Source: a phage
Sequence record: NC_135732.1
Strand: one strand, 5' to 3'
Length of the DNA: 64,000 nt
The first letter of the stretch is position 1, and each line of letters starts with the position of its first letter. Positions 57,065-64,000 of the stretch are shown in pieces. Position numbers and translations under genes: made by a program. The notes beneath the pieces are model-generated. The model made no database searches and was not told where the DNA came from. It saw only the letters and a list, made by a program, of their open reading frames with translations.

Positions 57065-57418
57065 TTAGTGACAATCACCCCAATTACGACCACACAAGTA
57101 TTCACCTGTGATCTGGAACGGGACTCCCATCATTTTAGAAGCTTGCCAGAAGCAATGCACCACCATTTCACCCACCGGGCTCCAGATAAGTTCAAGCTTC
57201 CCGTCATCGTTCAGGATAGGATCGTACACCGTGTTTCCGTCTCTGTCAACCACTTCGTTTCCGTTCTCATCCTTGCGTGCCTTTTTGTACTTATGACCGT
57301 CAAACACATGAAGTTTGGCTTCCTGCTCTGCCTTAAATGCTTCCAATTCTTCAATTGTGTCGAAGGTGTACACAGTCTTATACTTAGGCGTGTCAGGGAC
57401 CTGAAGTTGGTACTCATC
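57065..57418 (-). CDS. DNA polymerase (family A), exon 2 (C-terminal part)
   Basis: Begins DEYQLQV, completing motif C (...IIYYH|DE) when joined to exon 1; ends LCGRNWGDCH like Pol I (GENWDQAH) and T7 (GPNWAICH). Confidence 0.6.
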   Translation of the reverse strand, partial: DEYQLQVPDTPKYKTVYTFDTIEELEAFKAEQEAKLHVFDGHKYKKARKDENGNEVVDRDGNTVYDPILNDDGKLELIWSPVGEMVVHCFWQASKMMGVPFQITGEYLCGRNWGDCH

Positions 57419-58260
57419 CAATAGTTCAGGTAGGTCGTTAAGCTACCCCGCACCATTACGTGCACAGCCATACGGTTTCCTGTATGGATCGGACTATCTC
57501 ACTACCTTGTTACCAAGGCACCTCTCATTTCGACCGCACTTGCTGGCCTACTCTACTCGCTTCTTCACACCAAACTATGTTGGAGCTATGCTTTCGATAG
57601 TCTCTGAACGTTACTACCAGGTGTAGTTTTTAGAGATATGTTTCCACTGTCTTCTTTGCTTTATGGCTCTGACCGTCTCATAAGGATACCCAAGATCCCT
57701 AATCTCGCATTGTCGTAGACCACTCTGCAACAGTTCGCAAATCTCCGTTACCTCATCCTCGGTCAGCACAGCGTTGGCATTATACTCACCGACTGGCCTT
57801 ACTCTGAGTTCATTATCGTAGGCGTGTTTGATATTTCCACCAGGGGTAGTCCATTCCAGGTTCCAGTGTGCATTGTTGTACTTATTTCCATCCTTATGGT
57901 TCACCCATGTGAGCTTTTCAGGATCAGGGTTCGGTACAAAGCATTCAGCAACCAAGTGGTGGACACCTTTTGTGCACTGCTTCCCCTCGATGAGCATGGT
58001 TACGCAAAGGTAACCTCTACCATTATCAAAACAAAACATTGTTGTATGATCACGTTTCGATAAAGGTATTGTTCCATCATCAAACACGGTATACCCGTGA
58101 TAATCAGCTGATCTAGCCATTTTAACTACACCCCTTTAGTCTTCGCTGCGGATTAGCATATTAAGCTTTTACCATGTTCAGGTGTAAAAGTCAACTTAGC
58201 CTTCCCGTCAATTAAAGAGGTTTTCGACGTGCATCACTGCACGAAGCCACAATGTTATTT
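57419..58260 (-). mobile_element. putative group I intron interrupting the DNA polymerase at motif C, carrying an HNH ORF
   Basis: Exon 1 ends ...TAC CAT (last nt U); the 842-nt intervening sequence ends with G; splicing restores YYHDEY. Confidence 0.55.
57614..58120 (-). CDS. HNH homing endonuclease
   Basis: HNH core LTWVNHKDGNKYNNAHWNLEWTT; same subfamily as the nrdD intron ORF. Confidence 0.8.
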   Translation of the reverse strand: MARSADYHGYTVFDDGTIPLSKRDHTTMFCFDNGRGYLCVTMLIEGKQCTKGVHHLVAECFVPNPDPEKLTWVNHKDGNKYNNAHWNLEWTTPGGNIKHAYDNELRVRPVGEYNANAVLTEDEVTEICELLQSGLRQCEIRDLGYPYETVRAIKQRRQWKHISKNYTW

Positions 58261-60684
58261 ATGGTAATAAATAATACGACGAACACCTTCATCGTACCAC
58301 CCGCGCTTCACCATTTGGTGGTGCATGAGTATCCCAACTAAGTCACACAACGATGCACCACCATTCTGTTGGTATGCATTAAGTAAAGAGTGTTTAGATC
58401 GGGTCCAGATAGCATGACCATCAAAAGAGTAGATAAACTTCTTACCCGTTGCTTCCCAGAATTTCTCCAGATCTTCTTTACGCCCCTTAAGACCGGGGTT
58501 GGCATCCCAAAGTGCATCGATTACCCTTTGTCCCAACTCTGGGGAGATATCCAGCATGTCTGCAACTTTGTCTTTTTGTGCCCCATACATAACCCCATAC
58601 GTGATAGGTTTACCGTCGTTACGAGACACCTCTCTGCCTGCTACTTTTGTATATGCCTCAGCATTGTTTTGGTGTGCGTCCCCGTTACTTACAACATCAT
58701 AATACAAGCCGTTGTCGAACTCAAAGGCACCCCAAGCCCCGATAAGCTGCTCTAAGTTGGACCCGTCAATACCGATCTCAAAGTATCCCGGAGGAACACC
58801 CCACAGACTACGCATCTCTTTACCCATAACAACTTTAGGAGATGGTTTAGGCATGTTTGCACAAATACTGTGTTTCTGTCTGGAAGTGTTTGTTAATCCA
58901 GAGCTTTTAGCAGGAAGCTTATGGTCAATCTTCAAACGTGGGTGATTAAGAAGACCAGTGTCAACCTTATCCTCCTTGATTGGATCAAGTACCGATCTGC
59001 GGTTTCGCAATGATAACCACAAGACGATATCTTTAGCCATCTCTCCGTTCAATTTTTCAAGATTCGGGCACAGGTGTCCAAACGTATCTTTCAGTTGCGG
59101 AGAAGTAATAAGTGCCCTAGCTTTTCTACGTATTTTCCCGAATACTTCCTTTTTAATCCTTTCGGAGTTAGGAAAGCTTCGGAACTTGTGCACGGTTGTC
59201 TGGAACTTAGCATCAGTTTTGTTCCAGAAGTTGATAATTAGATCACAATACTCTGACTCTAAAAGCTCGTCCATATATGCATATACTCGTGCATCAACAT
59301 CTGCATCAGGTAGAGCTTTCTTCTTGCTGTCTTTAGTTACATCCTTAGTTCTCCACATTGTCGGAAGCCAACCAGCACTGATCAGATACCGCTTAATGTC
59401 GTCCTGATTGCTGATTTTCATAGGTATCTTGCAGTCCGGCATTCGCTTCTGCTGTAGATCACTTATTGCCTGATCCATTAGCTCTTTAGGTAAAGGTTGT
59501 GGTGTGGAGGTGCCCTTAATATAGCCTCTCAAGAAATCAGCCATCTTATCTGGGTCTTTGCAGCCCATCTCTTCACACCATTTTATCCCCATCTTACTGA
59601 CATCTCCTGTGGAGGTAAATGCTCGCTTAGGCGGGGCTTTGAACTCTAAAGCACTCATGTCTACAGGATAGCCAAGCTTATCTTTTAACCATTTCCAACC
59701 ATTATTGGAAATTGTCCCATCTTGGTTAAATGGCTTTTCAGGGAACTTGGGCCGCTGAGACATTGACAGCTCTTTTAAAGGTAGTTGTGGTTCAACACGA
59801 TCAGCGATTTCTTTCATCCACGCATCGCAACGGTCACGTAAAGCAATAGCTCCATCTATGTCAAAATACACACCCTGACGGGCCTGCAGCTCCATCAGGA
59901 AGTGCTGCAGCATGCCTCGGCGCAATGCGTTCTTCCAGGTGATTTTCTTGAACCCTTTCGGCTTCTCTTTGGCTGGATCGTACATAAAGTTCTGCATGTC
60001 AGATTTGCCGTAGAATACACCTTTTGATTCCGCTACCAGCTCTTTCCAGAGCAGCTCCTGGATGATAACGTCCTCGAATACACGATCCACATACTTCCAC
60101 AACGGAAGATCGCGCCAGTCATCAATTTGAACTTTCTGGTTACCAAGGGCGTAGCCCCATGCCATAAGGCCGTGAGGACCAACAGGCTGCATTTTCTTAG
60201 TAACCGGGTTGAATACAGAGTCCGGACAACCTTTTGGTAAAGGGCGATCAGGCCACAAGATTCTGCTCATCGCCAACGTATCAAACAGGTTAACCTGGTG
60301 GTCGTTGATAGTCCCCATGCATTTAGGATCACGGAACATATCAAAATGAATACCGGATAATCTTTCCATCAGCATAAAGTCATAACTGTAGCAGTTATGG
60401 CAGTTCAAAGCTGTTGGTGACCAGTCGGAATTGCCTGTAAGCCAACCTTCCAACTCCGAAAAATCTGCTATGCGAACTTCAAAATCTTTATGAAGAGTTT
60501 TCTTTGCCAGAATAAAGTTCTTAGCCTTCTCTATATCCTCTTCGGAGTAGTGTGTGCGGTCATTTAGAGGAAGGAACAGCATAAAACGGTTCTTATTCAG
60601 CTCTTTAAACAGGCCGCAGTGATAATAAAGATCTGGATCTTCCAGCAAACCGGATGACTCAAAGTCGAACGACCACATGCTCAT
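58261..60684 (-). CDS. DNA polymerase (family A, T7-like), exon 1
   Basis: 3'-5' exo motif FDFESSG; motif A IGIDGSNLE; motif B RNDGKPITYGVMYG; track ORF reads through into the intron (H-K-stop). Confidence 0.8.
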
Positions 60685-60742
60685 ATACAGTTCTCCTTAA
60701 AGGGGAGGCGGTTGTACTACCCCTCCCACTCTTTGTTAAACA

Positions 60743-62821
60743 TTAAAAAGGTGTTTCATCATCCTCAAAACCAGGGACCGGATCAGAGGATGGATCATCG
60801 TATTGGAGGTCTTCCTGCGTGTCAATAGGCTTGACAGTGGGTGTTACAACCTTATCAGCCACAACCTTGCCCATAGGTGTTTCTACAACTGCATGCTCCT
60901 GATCCTCAAACATAGCCTGAGGTCTCCAAACAACCTCCCCACCTTCTCCGTCTGTAAACATCTGCATTTCTTTGTCCCAGTACCAATTACTGGCATCATG
61001 GAACTTACCTGTATGCGGATCCATAACTAAAGTGTCAGCAATACCTAAAGTTTTTGCTGGACGGTTTTTAAGACCTACCAGACGGACACGTCCACGAGAA
61101 CGATCCACCATTTCTTCGGCCTCGACACCTATGACTACCCAACTCAACTGTTCAAGCCCAGCCGATCCTCGCAAATTCTCTTTTCGCACAGGATACCAGA
61201 AAGGTAATGGGTTACCATCCTTGTCCTTAGGGGGCACAATCTCTGTACGTTTGAGGTGAGCGATCACCAAGATAAACACGTTAAACTGCTTACAAAACGC
61301 AGCCAGTTGGGTCATAGCCATGTCCAGTTCTTTTCGCTCATCCTTAACATTAAGCCCTGAAATTACCATGGACAGGTGATCCAGCACAATATAACGACAA
61401 TGGTACAGGCAAACCATTTGCTTAAGCTTGGTAATCAACTCGTCCACTGGAATAGACCCGAAATGTTTGAACACTTTGATTTTTCCAGCTTTTGCCCATG
61501 ATTGGTGAATCTCTGCGTGTTCTTGATCAGTTAAAAACTGGCTAGGATCTTCAACAAACTCTTTAACATCAAACCCTAACTGGTTTGCATACAAGGAGTT
61601 AATTGCTTCCTCTGGGTCCTCCTCAAGATGGATCATACATAGACGATCATCCTCTTCATAGTCATCAGCCTTCGGGCATGTTGGGTCCATTAGGTATCTT
61701 GCAATACAATGTTCCAGTTTTTTAGCTACGGTTGTTTTACCGCCACCTGATGGGCCTGTAAGCATTACAAGTGTCCCCTTGTGCAAGCCTTTTAACATTT
61801 TTTGCAGTTTTGGGAACTCTGCACTGATATCTACCCCGTTGGAAGTCTTTTTCCGCAAAGACTCGATAGAGAAGTCTTCTAAGTCCGACACAGCATCAGG
61901 CACATATTTAACAGGATGCCGGAACATGTTGACAATATCTTCCAGCTTTTTAGCCTTCAGCATGTCACGGATATCTTTTACCCCGTCAGGGTCATTTACT
62001 TCACCAGGGTATTCTACGTGGTAAACGTTATCAGCCATCAAAAATGCTGCGATATTGTGCGTGGCCTCAACACCTTTAATGACGTGTTTTTGCTTCTCTA
62101 CCTCGTTGGCTGCATCGTTATCCATTGCCAGCACAACTGTTCCATAGCTACGGATAAACTTCTCATTGTTTGCAAAAGTATCTACTGCGTTTGCACATCC
62201 ACAGTTAATTCCAACAAAAGGTAGGCAGGGTTTTCCTGCCAGATCACCACCGTTGATAACTGCATCGATCCCGTCCTGGACCTCTTTAGCCCACTGTTTC
62301 ACCTTTGCCGGGGCTTTAGCATTGGTGAGAATCCCTTTTACTTGTATCTGATATGCAGCCTGCCATGCTGCAATAACATCGCCTTCCCCCTCACAAACGT
62401 TAATCTGCTTACGGTTGTTAGAAGATGCACACAGCTTTTGCCCAAACATTTGGGAGTTAGCCTTTACGATCCCAACCGTCGTAAAGTGCCCACGTTGCTC
62501 TTTGGGGATCGTCCAGTCACGCTTTTTGAAACCGGACAGATTCCCGTAGCGGTCGTAATATGGGAAATATGTTGCAGTAACTGTCACACCGTCTTCTTGG
62601 GACAATGCTGATCGCACACCAAAATATTGTGCAGCCATCAGACCGATATTTTGTTGTGGGACAGGGACAATTTTAGTATTTTCTAAAACAGTCTCTACAG
62701 TTTCAACTTCTTTTTCATCACGATAGTCTCGTTTCACACTTCCCCCACTTTTATACTTAGTTGCTTTCGGGTTTGGCTCACCGAAACGGTTGTATGCAGA
62801 TGCCATAAATTTACTTCCCAT
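60743..62821 (-). CDS. primase-helicase (T7 gp4-like: TOPRIM plus DnaB-type helicase)
   Basis: TOPRIM CEGEGD and LAMDNDAAN; Walker A LTGPSGGGKTT; acidic C-terminal tail ...FEDDETPF. Confidence 0.8.
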   Translation of the reverse strand: MGSKFMASAYNRFGEPNPKATKYKSGGSVKRDYRDEKEVETVETVLENTKIVPVPQQNIGLMAAQYFGVRSALSQEDGVTVTATYFPYYDRYGNLSGFKKRDWTIPKEQRGHFTTVGIVKANSQMFGQKLCASSNNRKQINVCEGEGDVIAAWQAAYQIQVKGILTNAKAPAKVKQWAKEVQDGIDAVINGGDLAGKPCLPFVGINCGCANAVDTFANNEKFIRSYGTVVLAMDNDAANEVEKQKHVIKGVEATHNIAAFLMADNVYHVEYPGEVNDPDGVKDIRDMLKAKKLEDIVNMFRHPVKYVPDAVSDLEDFSIESLRKKTSNGVDISAEFPKLQKMLKGLHKGTLVMLTGPSGGGKTTVAKKLEHCIARYLMDPTCPKADDYEEDDRLCMIHLEEDPEEAINSLYANQLGFDVKEFVEDPSQFLTDQEHAEIHQSWAKAGKIKVFKHFGSIPVDELITKLKQMVCLYHCRYIVLDHLSMVISGLNVKDERKELDMAMTQLAAFCKQFNVFILVIAHLKRTEIVPPKDKDGNPLPFWYPVRKENLRGSAGLEQLSWVVIGVEAEEMVDRSRGRVRLVGLKNRPAKTLGIADTLVMDPHTGKFHDASNWYWDKEMQMFTDGEGGEVVWRPQAMFEDQEHAVVETPMGKVVADKVVTPTVKPIDTQEDLQYDDPSSDPVPGFEDDETPF

Positions 62822-63605
62822 TAATTCTGCTCCTTACTACAGGCTCGTTTGCTAAGAATACGGCTTTTGCCCAGCCACGTGGTGTGAGGCTTCGGATCAT
62901 CTTCGTTCTTGCACTCTTCCCACCCAGCTTGGCGTGTTGCATGGAATACCCGCTAACCGCGTCAACTATTTGCGGGACAGGTTTTGTGGCCGGGATTATA
63001 AATCCATTACCTATCCAGCCGCAAGTTATTTTTGGATAGGCATCACGTGGAGCTATAAATTCAGGAAACCAGGGGTTTACATCATCCTCCGGTAAATACC
63101 CGCCATAGTCAGAAGGATGAAAACGGTAATCAGGTTTGCGCCACAGTGTGGACATAACACCAACAGGATTCTCTACATGCCACGGGCAATCGTAAATCTC
63201 TCCCAGCTCTTCCGCAACCCGAGCATCCTTTACAGCATTAATTTGGATCAAAGGATCCTTAGCCAGCTTTTTCTTAAAATGTGCAGCACCTGATACCGCT
63301 AAATGCGTGCACGGAGGAAATGCAAGAATAAAGTCTGGAGCTGGATACATGCAAAAAGTTTCCTGAGGGAACCATGGGTCAATCCAATAATCCACATAGT
63401 GAATGTTAGGATGATCGGTTATCACCTCTGCATAACTGCCGTGGTCAGCACCTTCTGCATTAAAGCACAGGCACAGGTACCCAGCTTTTGCCCAGTCAAT
63501 AACTGCACCACCAGACCCGTCAAATAGACTCCACACAACACCTTTGTGGTAGTGTTCTTTGTAGATGAATTTCAATTTGCTGTCTCCTAATGCAAAAAGC
63601 CCCAC
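62811..63605 (-). CDS. DNA cytosine-5 methyltransferase-like protein
   Basis: Motif I LFDGSGG, PC-type motif IV FPPCTHL, ENV-type motif HVENPVG; short (264 aa) for a C5-MTase. Confidence 0.5.
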   Translation of the reverse strand: MGLFALGDSKLKFIYKEHYHKGVVWSLFDGSGGAVIDWAKAGYLCLCFNAEGADHGSYAEVITDHPNIHYVDYWIDPWFPQETFCMYPAPDFILAFPPCTHLAVSGAAHFKKKLAKDPLIQINAVKDARVAEELGEIYDCPWHVENPVGVMSTLWRKPDYRFHPSDYGGYLPEDDVNPWFPEFIAPRDAYPKITCGWIGNGFIIPATKPVPQIVDAVSGYSMQHAKLGGKSARTKMIRSLTPRGWAKAVFLANEPVVRSRINGK

Positions 63606-63620
63606 CCTTTCGGGCAGGGC
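63599..63620 (-). terminator. terminator; same sequence as at 52611-52632
   Basis: GCCCCACCCTTTCGGGCAGGGC with an adjacent A/T run. Confidence 0.5.
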
Positions 63621-63626
63621 CTAGTG

Positions 63627-63998
63627 TTAAACCCGGATACCTATTGTATACTCGGTGGATACCAATGTCAAATCTAAATTTAAAATTTCTTGCATCTCAT
63701 AATATGCGTCCAGGGTTAGATACATTTCCCCATCCTTTTCTACATACTTGTCCAAGTGCTTGAGGCATTTCGGATAACTATCAAGTGCAGCTTTCAGGCA
63801 CTCAAACTCTGTGCTGTTGATGAATCCTTCCATCTTGGCTACCCGTTCTGGGGTAATGATAGCACTGTAGTGAGATTTAGCTTCCTGAATGCAATGGGTC
63901 CAAGCATCAACCTTCTCTTCGAAAAGTCCAAAGAACTTCTTTTTGGTGAGCTTCAGATTCTTTAAGTGCTTAAGCACTCGGTTGCCGATTACAGCCAC
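63627..63998 (-). CDS. hypothetical protein (start at window edge)
   Basis: 123-aa ORF whose ATG is the last codon of the window. Confidence 0.4.
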   Translation of the reverse strand: MAVIGNRVLKHLKNLKLTKKKFFGLFEEKVDAWTHCIQEAKSHYSAIITPERVAKMEGFINSTEFECLKAALDSYPKCLKHLDKYVEKDGEMYLTLDAYYEMQEILNLDLTLVSTEYTIGIRV

Positions 63999-64000
63999 AT

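Noticed and set aside
58255-60684. DNA polymerase as a truncated pseudogene
   Set aside because: The truncation falls exactly in motif C and the missing HDE plus the conserved C-terminus are found in frame 840 nt downstream with splice-compatible boundaries; an intron is more parsimonious.
1-64000. Prophage or integrative element
   Set aside because: No integrase, repressor or attachment-site features; the content (replisome, nucleotide metabolism, tRNAs, homing endonucleases) fits a virulent phage.

Overview
This 64-kb window reads as a segment of a virulent tailed-phage genome, with no integrase, structural genes or CRISPR array visible. Gene content suggests an enterobacterial host (inference from a lambda R-type endolysin, an E. 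coli-like HPF, an SSB-type DDDIPF tail and sigma70-like promoters). All protein similarities below are recalled from memory and motif reading, not database searches. Layout: (i) 1-4544, minus strand: a tRNA cluster, small ORFs and an RNA-repair kinase and phosphatase. (ii) 4588-42233, plus strand: RNA ligase, a zinc-ribbon-less Sir2-like protein, DNA ligase, endolysin, nucleases, methyltransferases, nucleotide metabolism (thyX, nrdA, nrdB, glutaredoxin, intron-split nrdD, nrdG), phoH, a ClpP-like protease, an HPF homolog and a long run of small acidic paralogous ORFs. (iii) 42240-44700: a 2.5-kb repeat-rich non-coding region. (iv) 44719-63998, minus strand: small early ORFs, a macro-domain protein, an SSB-like protein, and a T7-like replisome whose family A DNA polymerase is split at motif C. 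The most notable observations are two putative group I introns carrying HNH endonuclease ORFs (nrdD and DNA polymerase), the RNA-repair cassette next to Sir2, the HPF homolog, the paralog array and the repeat-rich non-coding regions. Many start codons are adjusted from the ORF track by RBS reading and remain uncertain.
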